From NCBI GenBank assembly GCA_051003195.1, contig JBPCLP010000009.1, positions 96,001 through 160,000 of the forward strand: 64,000 bases of DNA, given 5' to 3'. Position 1 is the first letter of the stretch. Each line of letters begins with the position of its first letter. The notes beneath the pieces were generated by a model. That model saw nothing but the letters and a program-made list of their open reading frames with translations. It ran no database searches and was not told the origin of the DNA. Positions 9,209-18,269 of the stretch are shown piece after piece. The position numbers were made by a program, and so were the translations under genes. The DNA is from Candidatus Sumerlaeaceae bacterium. GTDB lineage: Bacteria; Sumerlaeota; Sumerlaeia; Sumerlaeales; Sumerlaeaceae.

Positions 9209-10384
9209 CTAGTTGAAAAGCACCCAGTCAGCCGCAGCCGCAGGACCCGCAGGCTGGGCAAATAAGCGCGAAGAGACCCACTGTTCGTTACTCACCGTGC
9301 GAGTTGTGTCGTCGCGGCGAATACTCACAATGTGGATGCGTTTGGTGTAGTCCGAGTAAACCGCCGCGTGGTAGTAAACCTCATCGGGAAGATCGAGATC
9401 AGGTGTAGCCGACCACGCCCCCAGCGTGTTCGTAGCGGTGTTAAACTCGGCACGCGTCGTGAGCGACTGCACGGCACCACCGGTGGTACGGCCTCCCAGG
9501 GCGAAAACCGTGTTGCCGGCTGCTACAAGCTGGGTTCCATAAATGGTAAGGGGCAGGTCAGGCCCGGCGGTCCATGCTCCCATCGCCCCTGTTGTCGCGT
9601 TTACGGTGTTCAGATAAATCTTTGCGGAAGCATTCGCGTTGGTAATGGCACTATGAATGCCGGCACTCGCAATAATAGTATTGTTAATCGCAGTTGCTGC
9701 CGGGAAGTACCAGCCGGTTGGTCCCGTCGCGTCTACGTCCGGCAAAGTGGCGCCGGCTGAAAAGGCACCCAGAGTTCCATTCTTGTTAATTTTTGCAAAA
9801 ACGGTCGTGTCGTAAAGAGGCGGGGTGCCGGACTGGCTGTCGCCGCCAAAGGCGTAGAAAAATCTGTCGCCGCTCGGGCTGCTGCTGCCTGCGATCGCTG
9901 CCGCACCGAGTTCCGGATCATAGGGCGAAGGGAAAGTGTATTCGGTCCAGGCAGCCGCCAAAGTTCCGTCAGGATTAGTATTGATCGCACTGGCCGAATT
10001 GCGGTTCGGTCCGCCTGCATTGTATCCGCCACCCGCCACAATGATGGTTCCGGTGGTAGCCGTCGCCGTATTAGTGGTCGCTTTTACCTGCGAGCTGATA
10101 TAGGCAAAAGTAACGCTGGGCAAAGTGGTGACCACATCGGTTGCCGTAATGAGGCCACTGGTCGGGTCCAGTCGAAGGCGCCACACACTGTTCGTATCGC
10201 CGACGAGGGTATTATTTCCACCCAGGAGATAGAGCGAATCTCCCACCGCAGCCGCACCGGCCATCTGTGTTCCGTTCGGGGCAATACTCGGCTGAACATC
10301 CCATGCAGTAATTGGACTGGCGGTTTGGGCAACCGCAGCGGCTGTAATCATCGTTATTGCGAGCAGAAGACAAAACTGTTTCAC
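9209..10384 (-). CDS. Secreted Kelch-like beta-propeller protein with C-terminal DW tail
   Basis: GAAGGAG RBS before GTG 10384; signal peptide; repeated LYLLGG/IIVAGG/YAFGG/FALGG ... W motifs; ends AAAADWVLFN. Confidence 0.8.
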   Translation of the reverse strand: MKQFCLLLAITMITAAAVAQTASPITAWDVQPSIAPNGTQMAGAAAVGDSLYLLGGNNTLVGDTNSVWRLRLDPTSGLITATDVVTTLPSVTFAYISSQVKATTNTATATTGTIIVAGGGYNAGGPNRNSASAINTNPDGTLAAAWTEYTFPSPYDPELGAAAIAGSSSPSGDRFFYAFGGDSQSGTPPLYDTTVFAKINKNGTLGAFSAGATLPDVDATGPTGWYFPAATAINNTIIASAGIHSAITNANASAKIYLNTVNATTGAMGAWTAGPDLPLTIYGTQLVAAGNTVFALGGRTTGGAVQSLTTRAEFNTATNTLGAWSATPDLDLPDEVYYHAAVYSDYTKRIHIVSIRRDDTTRTVSNEQWVSSRLFAQPAGPAAAADWVLFN

Positions 10385-10574
10385 TGGAATTACTCCTTCA
10401 AATAGGCTCCGGATATGGAGCATCGTCCCTATACTGTTTCAGGAAATGACTTATGCTGTCAAGTAGTCTGGAGAGCTTAATCGATTCAGCTAGGTAATAG
10501 AACATTAGTTCTACATTTACCTTGATTTCTTCTGCGCCCGGCGTTTGCCTTCGATTCGTGAAAGGGTAAGAAAC

Positions 10575-13337
10575 ATGCAGATCGATTTTCTGGCAGCGCA
10601 CGGCTTTAAGCACGACACCATCGGTAACTGGCGGCAGGCAGGCAAACAGGAGCTTCTACCGCTTCAAGAGGAAGCGATTACCCGTACTCGATTGCTGTCT
10701 GGCGGGAACGTGGCGGTTTTTGCCCCAACGTCGTCGGGCAAAACATTTGTGGCGGAACTGGCAGCAATTCGACACTTTGAACGGGGCCGAAAATCCATTT
10801 TCCTGGTGCCGACGAAAGCACTGGCGGAAGAACAATTCCATTACCTCGAAAGCACGTATGCTTTGCTGGGTGCGCGGACCGTCATCGCGACGCGCGAGCG
10901 CACGCTACACGATTCCAGAATTGCGCGGGGCGACTTTGATTTCGCGGTCATGGTTTATGAGAAACTTAAAGCCTTCCTGACGCTCGCACCCGAACTCCTG
11001 TCACGTATTGCCATGGTATCGGTGGATGAACTGCAGATTCTCGGCGAACCGGGTCGCGGGGATGTGGTCGACCTTTTACTCACGCAGATTGTGACAGCGT
11101 ACCCGAAGATCCAGGTGGTTTGTCTTTCGGCTGTGCTGGGCGAGAATCTGCGGCTGGCAAGCTGGCTCAGGGCGGAACCCCTGATATGGACGGAGCGTCC
11201 AACGGAATTACGCGAGGGTGTGTTCTGCCTTTCCGATTCCCGCTTCTACTACAGTGAGAGTAATTCGGCCGCCGAAGCGGTGGAGGCGCTGCTGAACGAC
11301 AAGAACGCGGCGCCAGCGGGCTGGAGTGTCGTTGCGGATGCGGAGAGCTTTCACTACCCCGCAGTAGAGGTGCTGTGTTGCGCGTTTGCAGGGCGTGGCG
11401 AGCAGGTGCTGATATTTGTACCGACGCGCGACCTGACTCGCCGCTGGGCGTATCGCCTGGCGAATGCGCTCTCGGCGGCGGACACGTTTTGCGAGGTGGC
11501 ACTGGCGGATGCGGAAGAGAGCCACAGCCTGGAACTGATGCAGCGATGCCTGCAAAGCGGCGTGGCATTCCACAACGCAGACCTCGGGGGGGAGCTCCGC
11601 AGGATTGTGGAGGAGCAGTTTCAGTCAGGGGCAATACGCGTGCTGGTCGCGACCTCGACGCTCGCGCAGGGTGTGAACCTGAACTGCCGGAATGTCATCA
11701 GCGTGCCTCTGATGCTGGATCCGCTGGTGACCGCCGCTTCCGCAAAGCCAGCCTTTGTACCACTGTCCGTGCAGCGGTTTCGCAACCAGGGGGGACGCGC
11801 CGGCCGGCTGTGCAGCGGCGAGGCATACGGCAGATCGATTCTTATTGCTGAAGATGAGGGCGAACTACGTCGCCTGATGAACCAATACGTGCGGGCCGAA
11901 GTGGAGTCGCTGGAGCCGCGCTTTACAGAAGGCGTCCTCGATCGATTGTGCCTGGATCTGATCCATACCGGCCGCGGTACCACGATGGACGCGCTGAACA
12001 CGGCGATGATGGAGACTTATTGTGGCACCACGTGCTGGGCTGCCAAACCGGAAGAACTGCACAAGGCGCTCGACGCCTGTGTGTTGAGGCTGAAAGCTGC
12101 GCGGCTCGTTCAGCAGAACAGGAAAGGCGACCGGCTCGCGGCGACGGGACTTGGCCAGATTGCAGCGGCATTTGGTTTACAGGCGGAAACGATCCGCTCG
12201 TTTGCCGATCATTGTGCGGCGAATGGCGGATGCAGCGAACTCGAAGTGCTGGCGCTGTGTGCGTTCAGTACCGACGGAGAAGTTTTCCCGGTCGCAGTGT
12301 CGCATCGTGAAGCCGCGGAGCAGCATTACCCCCGGCTTATGAAACTGCGGTACGGCTCACTCATTTACGCACTCCCGGAAGCGTTGCGGGGGCATCTTGC
12401 CCCGGACGGAGGATTTTCGAATACCGGCATGTGTGCGTTAAAAAAGATCTTCCTGGCGGATGCATGGATTTCCGTGGAGGCCACGCACGCAGTGGAGGAA
12501 CAATTTCGAACGTTTGCCGGCACCTTTGCAAATCTCGGTGCGCATTTTTCATGGCTGGCGCAGGCGCTCGGCGCGTGCATGGCAACGCTCGGCTACGCCA
12601 CGAACGCTGTTGAGCAGGTGAACGAGCTGGCAGAGCGATTGGCCTATGGGACAACGGCCGCCGGATTGCCTATTGCGCGCCTTGGCAACGGCAGCCTGAC
12701 GCGGACTCACATGCAGCAACTGGTACGCGCCGGGTTTGACAGCATTGCGGCCATTGCCGAAATCAGTGCGGAAGAATTGCAGGCGATAGTGCCTCTTCGT
12801 GTAGCGGCGGCAGTGGTGAAAGAAGCGCAACGCTTACAAGTGGCTAATAATCGCTCGGAGGCTGCCGACTGGTTTACCCTGCTTGAGCAATGGAACGCTG
12901 CGCAGCGTGAGAAGCCGTGTGCAGCAGAGGGCTCGGAGCGCGCACCGGAACCACTCCTTGCTGCGGAGAGGGGATCCGAGTACCTGGTGCAATCGCCGGA
13001 GCTCGTAGTGGACTCAAGGAATCCGGGCGAAATTGATTTCCGCGGGCAACGCGTGAAGCTCACGCCAAAGCCATTCGAGCTGCTGTGTCTTCTTGCCGGG
13101 AGCCCCGGCCGAACCATCCCGTACGCGGAAATAGACGCTGCGTTGTGGCCGGACAGCAAGGTAGAATCCCAGCAGCGATCCGCGCATAAAACGACACTCG
13201 TGCGGTCACTGGCGAATGTATGCGGCCAGGAGGAAGCTGAGCAGATCGTGATCAATGTAGCGCGCTTCGGCATTCGGCTGAACATGCCACACGAAAAAAT
13301 TAAACTGGGTCGGCTGCGCACCGGTGTGGCTGTTTAA
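10575..13337 (+). CDS. Ski2/Hel308-like SF2 helicase fused to a C-terminal OmpR-type winged-helix domain
   Basis: LPLQ Q-motif, APTSSGKT, VDELQ, LSA, FHNADL, ATSTLAQGVN, QGGRAGR, ATGLG; HhH-like LVRAGFDSI; C-terminal LTPKPFELLCLLA...LWPD...GIRL. Confidence 0.88.
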   Translation: MQIDFLAAHGFKHDTIGNWRQAGKQELLPLQEEAITRTRLLSGGNVAVFAPTSSGKTFVAELAAIRHFERGRKSIFLVPTKALAEEQFHYLESTYALLGARTVIATRERTLHDSRIARGDFDFAVMVYEKLKAFLTLAPELLSRIAMVSVDELQILGEPGRGDVVDLLLTQIVTAYPKIQVVCLSAVLGENLRLASWLRAEPLIWTERPTELREGVFCLSDSRFYYSESNSAAEAVEALLNDKNAAPAGWSVVADAESFHYPAVEVLCCAFAGRGEQVLIFVPTRDLTRRWAYRLANALSAADTFCEVALADAEESHSLELMQRCLQSGVAFHNADLGGELRRIVEEQFQSGAIRVLVATSTLAQGVNLNCRNVISVPLMLDPLVTAASAKPAFVPLSVQRFRNQGGRAGRLCSGEAYGRSILIAEDEGELRRLMNQYVRAEVESLEPRFTEGVLDRLCLDLIHTGRGTTMDALNTAMMETYCGTTCWAAKPEELHKALDACVLRLKAARLVQQNRKGDRLAATGLGQIAAAFGLQAETIRSFADHCAANGGCSELEVLALCAFSTDGEVFPVAVSHREAAEQHYPRLMKLRYGSLIYALPEALRGHLAPDGGFSNTGMCALKKIFLADAWISVEATHAVEEQFRTFAGTFANLGAHFSWLAQALGACMATLGYATNAVEQVNELAERLAYGTTAAGLPIARLGNGSLTRTHMQQLVRAGFDSIAAIAEISAEELQAIVPLRVAAAVVKEAQRLQVANNRSEAADWFTLLEQWNAAQREKPCAAEGSERAPEPLLAAERGSEYLVQSPELVVDSRNPGEIDFRGQRVKLTPKPFELLCLLAGSPGRTIPYAEIDAALWPDSKVESQQRSAHKTTLVRSLANVCGQEEAEQIVINVARFGIRLNMPHEKIKLGRLRTGVAV

Positions 13338-13572
13338 TGCCGAACTTAAGCGAAGTAGAACGCGGCTCCCAGTATGGCGTAAAGCGACAATAACTGCAAC
13401 TGCGAGCCAGTATTTTAAAATAATCAACCAAAGTTGCCCACCTCTGAAATATTACGACTCAGTTACGCTCGAATAGCTGTTCCAACAAATATCACTTCAA
13501 TCCTGAACGGAACCTTTCCGCTATTTTGGGTTCATACTTGTGTAAAGCTGTTTATCAAACAGGAGGAGCTAT

Positions 13573-14178
13573 ATGAAGAAGGTCTCATTCGCGGCCGCAA
13601 TCGCAGTAGCCATTGCCGGCAGCGCGCTTGCAGCGGATACACGCCCGGCGCCCGATTTCAAAGGCAAGGATGCCGATGGCAAGGAGCACAGCCTCGCCGA
13701 TTTGAAGGGCAAGGTTGTCGTACTGGAATTTACTAACCCCGGCTCGCCCGCCAGCGGCAAGGGCGGCTGCCCGTTTATCACCGGGCGCTATGAAAAGGGC
13801 GCCATGCAGAAGGTCCAGGAGAAGGTTAAGTCTTTGGGGGCCGAGTACCTGGCCGTCAACAGCAGCCATTTCAACACCGCCGAGGACAGCAAGCAGATCG
13901 CGCAGAAGATGAGTGTCAAAGTTGCCACGCTGGTTGATAGCGACGGCACCATTGGAAAGGCGTTCGGGGCTAAGACTACTCCCCATATGTTCGTCATTGG
14001 TAAAGACGGCAGCATCGTCTATGAAGGTGCGCTGAACGATAACAAGACGCCCGATGCGGACAAGGATGCGGACGCGAAAAACTACGTCGTCGACGCTGTG
14101 GCAGCCGCGCTAAAGGGTGAAGCACCAGCCGTTACAAAAACCGAATCGTACGGATGCGGAATTAAGTACAAACAGTAG
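13573..14178 (+). CDS. Exported redoxin (AhpC/TSA, peroxiredoxin-like)
   Basis: AGGAGGAG RBS; signal peptide; APDF...LADLKGKVVVLEF...CPF, GAKTTPH, YGCGIKY. Confidence 0.9.
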   Translation: MKKVSFAAAIAVAIAGSALAADTRPAPDFKGKDADGKEHSLADLKGKVVVLEFTNPGSPASGKGGCPFITGRYEKGAMQKVQEKVKSLGAEYLAVNSSHFNTAEDSKQIAQKMSVKVATLVDSDGTIGKAFGAKTTPHMFVIGKDGSIVYEGALNDNKTPDADKDADAKNYVVDAVAAALKGEAPAVTKTESYGCGIKYKQ

Positions 14179-14194
14179 CACCAGCACCACACAG

Positions 14195-14292
14195 TAGGGT
14201 GGTCTACCGTTAATTCGTATTCGGTTCTGTGTGCCGAACTGAACTCATCTTCCGCGCTCAAACTGGATCGGAACTGATTCGGCACACTAGTA
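14195..14292. repeat. TA-bounded palindromic ~100 bp element, intergenic copy
   Basis: Reverse complement nearly identical to 46709-46809; internal inverted repeat GTGTGCCGAA...TTCGGCACAC. Confidence 0.9.
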
Positions 14293-14654
14293 CCACCGAC
14301 ATGCCAAAGTTTCCAGCGCGAGGGCGAATTCTGCCAGCGCGCTTTTTTTGTTTCATGTGAACCGGTTTCGTATCGAGCGGCTGCTTTGAGCCAGAGGCTG
14401 GTGGTGCAAATGCTCCGATGAGGTATTTCCTGCACCCGCTTGTGCGGGTACCACGGCTTGACAAAGGAAGCAGTTGAGACGAGCAAATGCCGATTAACCA
14501 TTGTAAAATCAATCCAGTTCGAGCTCAATTTGTCAGCTTAAGATGCAAGCTCACGCAATTGACAATTCTTTGAAGCCGTTCAAAGTTGTGGCATGCTTTC
14601 AGGTATAGCTTTGCCGAACGATTCCGCCAAGTATTAGATGGGCCTGAAGTTTTT

Positions 14655-16577
14655 ATGACTACCGATTCTGCCGCGCCGCCTGCTGCCGCGGCGCAAAGTA
14701 TTGTTTCCACGGCCCAGAAGCGCTTGATCCTGTGTGGTCATCCCAACGTCGGCAAGAGCCTCATATTTAACCGCCTCACCGGCCGCTATGCCACGGTTTC
14801 CAATTACCCCGGCACGACGGTCGAGATCTCGTCGGGCAGCTCGCAGAGCGTTCCCGAATACCGTGTCTGCGATACTCCCGGCGCGTATTCTCTGTTGCCC
14901 ATCTCTGAGGAGGAGAAGGTATCGCGCAAAATCCTGCTCGATGCGAAGGGCGACCTGATCGTTCACATTGTCGACGCGAAGAACCTGCGCCGCATGCTGC
15001 CGATGACGCTGGAGCTGCTGGAGCTTGGACATCGCGTGATCGTGGTTTTAAACCTGATGGACGAAGCGCGCGGGTACAACGTGCGGATCGACTCGATCAA
15101 ACTGAGCGAGCTGCTTGGAGTGCCTGTGGTGGAGACAGTGGCGACGACAGGGGAGGGCATTGCCGATCTTATCCAGGTGGTGCGCGATGGCGCGTGCGAT
15201 CCGCCGTTGCTGGCAATTACGTACGAGCGTCGCGTTATGGAACTCGCTTCGCAGGCGGTGAATGCCGGCCTTCTCAAAACCGAGGAAATGAACCCGACGC
15301 TGCTGATCGCCTCGGGGGCTACCGATTCACTGCCGGCCGACGACCTGGGAACGCTGGAGCTGTCGGTGCGCAAGTCGCGCCAGGCGCACGCAGACCATAT
15401 ACTCGTGCAGTGCGCAACCTTTCCCCGCCCAACATCCAATGTGGTGTCGAGTTTCTTCGATCGCGTGACGCTAAATCTCTGGACGGCGATTCCCTTCGCG
15501 CTGCTGGTCGTGTATCTTGGCGTCTACCAGTTCGTAGGGGTGTTCGGCGCAGGCACACTCGTCGACTGGATCGAGACCGGGCTCTACGAAACGTATCTCA
15601 CGCCCACCATCACGCGCTGGACCGAAGCAATCATCCCCTGGGTGTGGCTGCAGGACCTATTTGTGCACGACTACGGCGTGCTCACACTGGGATTGCGCTA
15701 CGCGATTGCACTCATCCTCCCCATCGTCGGCACGTTCTTCATTCTGTTTTCCGTGCTGGAAGACACCGGGTACCTGCCGCGCCTGGCGCTTTTGCTGGAC
15801 CGTGTGTTTAAGAAAATCGGGCTGAACGGGCGCGCCGTGATTCCGATTATTCTCGGACTTGGTTGCGGCACTATGGCAACGATGGTGACACGCATTCTCG
15901 AGACGAAACGGGAACGGATCATCGCAACACTACTGCTGGGTGTGGCAGTGCCTTGCTCGGCGCAGCTGGGCGTGATCCTTGGCATCCTGGCGGGTCAGCC
16001 GGGCGCGCTCATCGCATGGGGCTTGGTGATGACGGGGTTGTTCCTGGGCCTTGGGTCCATTGCTGCGCGCACTCTGCCCGGCGAAATTCCCTCGTTTTAC
16101 CTGGAGATGCCGCCTCTGCGTCTGCCGCGCATTGGCAATGTACTCACAAAAACATACTCGCGCATGCACTGGTACTTCCTCGAGATTCTTCCGCTGTTCC
16201 TGTTCGCGAGCGTGCTGATCTGGCTGGGGACGGTGACACGCACATTCGACTACGTCATTAACTTCATCAAGCCGCTCGTGCGCTCGATGGGTCTGCCCGA
16301 TAGTTCCGCCACCGCGTTCCTGTTTGGATTTTTCCGGCGCGACTATGGCGAAGCCGGGCTGTTCGACCTCCAGCGCAAGGGCCTGCTGGATACGCGCCAG
16401 TGCTTCGTGTCGGTGCTGGTGATCAGCCTGCTGCTGCCGTGCATCGCGCAGTTTTTCGTCATGAAAAAGGAGCGCGGCTGGAAGTTCGCAGTTGGAGCGA
16501 GCGGCGGCATCATCATCACCGCGCTCATTATGGGAATTGTTGCCAACTGGGTTATTCTGAAGACGGGAATTCTATAA
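14655..16577 (+). CDS. feoB: Ferrous iron transporter B
   Basis: GHPNVGKS, NYPGTTVE, DTPGAYSL, NLMD G-motifs; LEDTGYLPR, LGLGC, VPCSAQ, LEMPP, LLPC membrane motifs. Confidence 0.96.
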   Translation: MTTDSAAPPAAAAQSIVSTAQKRLILCGHPNVGKSLIFNRLTGRYATVSNYPGTTVEISSGSSQSVPEYRVCDTPGAYSLLPISEEEKVSRKILLDAKGDLIVHIVDAKNLRRMLPMTLELLELGHRVIVVLNLMDEARGYNVRIDSIKLSELLGVPVVETVATTGEGIADLIQVVRDGACDPPLLAITYERRVMELASQAVNAGLLKTEEMNPTLLIASGATDSLPADDLGTLELSVRKSRQAHADHILVQCATFPRPTSNVVSSFFDRVTLNLWTAIPFALLVVYLGVYQFVGVFGAGTLVDWIETGLYETYLTPTITRWTEAIIPWVWLQDLFVHDYGVLTLGLRYAIALILPIVGTFFILFSVLEDTGYLPRLALLLDRVFKKIGLNGRAVIPIILGLGCGTMATMVTRILETKRERIIATLLLGVAVPCSAQLGVILGILAGQPGALIAWGLVMTGLFLGLGSIAARTLPGEIPSFYLEMPPLRLPRIGNVLTKTYSRMHWYFLEILPLFLFASVLIWLGTVTRTFDYVINFIKPLVRSMGLPDSSATAFLFGFFRRDYGEAGLFDLQRKGLLDTRQCFVSVLVISLLLPCIAQFFVMKKERGWKFAVGASGGIIITALIMGIVANWVILKTGIL

Positions 16578-17030
16578 GTGATCTGTTCCGCATGCAAATA
16601 CGAGTTCACCGGCGAAGAAGCGAAGGTTGCCTGCACGACGTGTGCATCGAGCGGCGGGTGTGGCAAGGCACGCTGCCCCAAGTGCGGCTATGAGACGATC
16701 ACCGAGCCTGGAGTAATCGGGCTGATGCGTCGGCTGTTCCGCCGTCGCCCTGCGGTAGTCGACGCCGACGTGGTGACGCAGTCCGCGCCGGGGAACTGCT
16801 GTGGCGAAGTAAACCTGGCGGACCTGAAGCGCGGTGAAAGCGGGATTATTGAAAAGTACGCTGAGATCGCGCATGTGCGCAAGTTCCTGAGCATGGGTAT
16901 CCTTCCGGGCACGCACGTGACGGTGCTGCGGCATTCGCCCGCAGTCGTTCTCCGGGTGGGTTACTCGGAGTTCGCGTTCGATCGCCGGCTTGCAGGCACC
17001 GTGCAGGTGCATAGGCTGCCGGTGGGGTAG
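16578..17030 (+). CDS. feoA: FeoA-domain protein with N-terminal Cys-rich metal-binding domain
   Basis: CSAC..CTTC..C..CPKCG N-terminus; LADLKRGESG...LSMGILPGTHVTV FeoA (SH3-like) domain; directly follows feoB. Confidence 0.88.
   Translation: MICSACKYEFTGEEAKVACTTCASSGGCGKARCPKCGYETITEPGVIGLMRRLFRRRPAVVDADVVTQSAPGNCCGEVNLADLKRGESGIIEKYAEIAHVRKFLSMGILPGTHVTVLRHSPAVVLRVGYSEFAFDRRLAGTVQVHRLPVG
16981..17030 (+). repeat. Direct repeat copy 1 (feoA 3' end, att-like)
   Basis: ATCGCCGGCTTGCAGGCACCGTGCAGGTGCATAGGCTGCCGGTGGGGTAG; 47/50 identical to 18151-18200. Confidence 0.9.
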
Positions 17031-17112
17031 GCCTTGAAGCTGTTGACGTTCAATCCGCGGATGCGCGAAGTAATTCCCGGAGAAGAGGTAAAGTCAAACA
17101 CGTGGAGCGATA

Positions 17113-17475
17113 ATGGAAGCCGAGATTCAAGACCTGCTTATTCAGCTACGCAGTTCAGATTACCGCATTTACCGCGATATTTTATACGTCATCCCGTGGG
17201 CTAATCCACAAAATGAGCCTCACCATGCAATCTCCGCCGGGCGGCTTGCAGACGCTCTGCGTAATCACGGCCGAGACTATAATGAATTTGAAGTGCACGA
17301 GGCGCTCGAGAACATGCGGGCAGCGACTCCACCCGTCATGCAAGCGGCAGAGACTGAGGGCGTCTTTATTCCTACAGAATTTGGACGCCGGGTCATAGAT
17401 GCTTTCCACCCGGAAGGGCACTTCAAAATAAACCAGTTAAAGCCCTTTCCGAAACCTGTTCGCCGCATTGCCTAG
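17113..17475 (+). CDS. Hypothetical protein, probable winged-helix fold
   Basis: GGAG RBS; helical pattern ending in GVFIPTEFGRRVID, typical of a winged-helix wing; 6 bp before the TIR gene. Confidence 0.65.
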   Translation: MEAEIQDLLIQLRSSDYRIYRDILYVIPWANPQNEPHHAISAGRLADALRNHGRDYNEFEVHEALENMRAATPPVMQAAETEGVFIPTEFGRRVIDAFHPEGHFKINQLKPFPKPVRRIA

Positions 17476-17481
17476 CAGTAC

Positions 17482-18123
17482 ATGTGGCAAATAGATCAGT
17501 GGCCAATTCCCACGTTTCACGTGTTCTTATCCCATTGCCGCGAAGATCGGGGCTGGTTGGTGGAGCCTCTCATCAAGAGGCTCGCTCGACGTGGCATTTT
17601 GGCCTGGTATGATCAGCAGAATTATCCACGCGCAACCGACGCAGCTCAAAGTCTTCAGGATGGACTAATAAAGTGTCGTCATGCTGTTTTTCTTTCCTCA
17701 CACGATTATCTGGAACAGCCACGGGGCTGGAATCACTGGGAACTGGCATTTGCAACTGTGATTCAGGCTAATCTTCAGAGTCAGATTCCCCTGACCAATT
17801 TCATCCTACCGATTGGACTCATTGACAGAACCGATCCGTCCCTTGCTGGCACTGCATGGCAGTTCATCGAAGCGCCTCGATGGATGTTCTGTCCGCGGAC
17901 TTGCAGATCAACGAGTCCAGCTCGTGACAGAGCCACTGCGGTCGGCTGGGCGGCGGATCAAATTACAAGATTTGTTTACGAGCAGCAGGATTACGCACGT
18001 GATGTCGAACAGCGTATTCACACAAACCCATTCCTACGAATGGACGTTGAAGGTCCGGGCCCCGGCTTAATTCACGATCAACGGCGCGATCGAATTCTAC
18101 TTCGGGACAACTTACACATCTAG
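17482..18123 (+). CDS. TIR domain protein
   Basis: FHVFLSHCREDR...LARRGILAWYD...LQDGLIKCRHAVFLSSHDYL...WNHWELAFA (catalytic Glu position), ILPI. Confidence 0.85.
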   Translation: MWQIDQWPIPTFHVFLSHCREDRGWLVEPLIKRLARRGILAWYDQQNYPRATDAAQSLQDGLIKCRHAVFLSSHDYLEQPRGWNHWELAFATVIQANLQSQIPLTNFILPIGLIDRTDPSLAGTAWQFIEAPRWMFCPRTCRSTSPARDRATAVGWAADQITRFVYEQQDYARDVEQRIHTNPFLRMDVEGPGPGLIHDQRRDRILLRDNLHI

Positions 18124-18150
18124 AGCCCACGGGATTAAGCGGAGTTTGCC

Positions 18151-18200
18151 ATCGCCGGCTCGCAGGCACCGTGCAGGTGCACCGGCTGCCGGTGGGGTAG
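18151..18200 (+). repeat. Direct repeat copy 2 (duplicated feoA 3' end)
   Basis: ATCGCCGGCTCGCAGGCACCGTGCAGGTGCACCGGCTGCCGGTGGGGTAG, still encodes RRLAGTVQVHRLPVG-stop. Confidence 0.9.
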
Positions 18201-18269
18201 TTAGCCGCGACCGCGCGGCTTCGGTTGTCTCTGTTCTCTCCTGTCGAATGTTCGGACCATGCCAAAGTT

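Noticed and set aside
14357..14370. GTGAACCGGTTTCG as a sixth LacI operator
   Set aside because: Only the core matches, the flanks are poor, and it is far from the sugar locus and any suitable promoter
14082..14528. 148 aa minus-strand ORF sharing a peptide with YgfZ
   Set aside because: The similarity is due only to the DNA repeat element; the ORF overlaps the redoxin gene and has no RBS or protein-like features
14555..14575. Fur box or -35 element upstream of feoB (AATTGACAATTCTTTGAA)
   Set aside because: Only one half-site resembles the consensus and there is no well-spaced -10; cannot be supported
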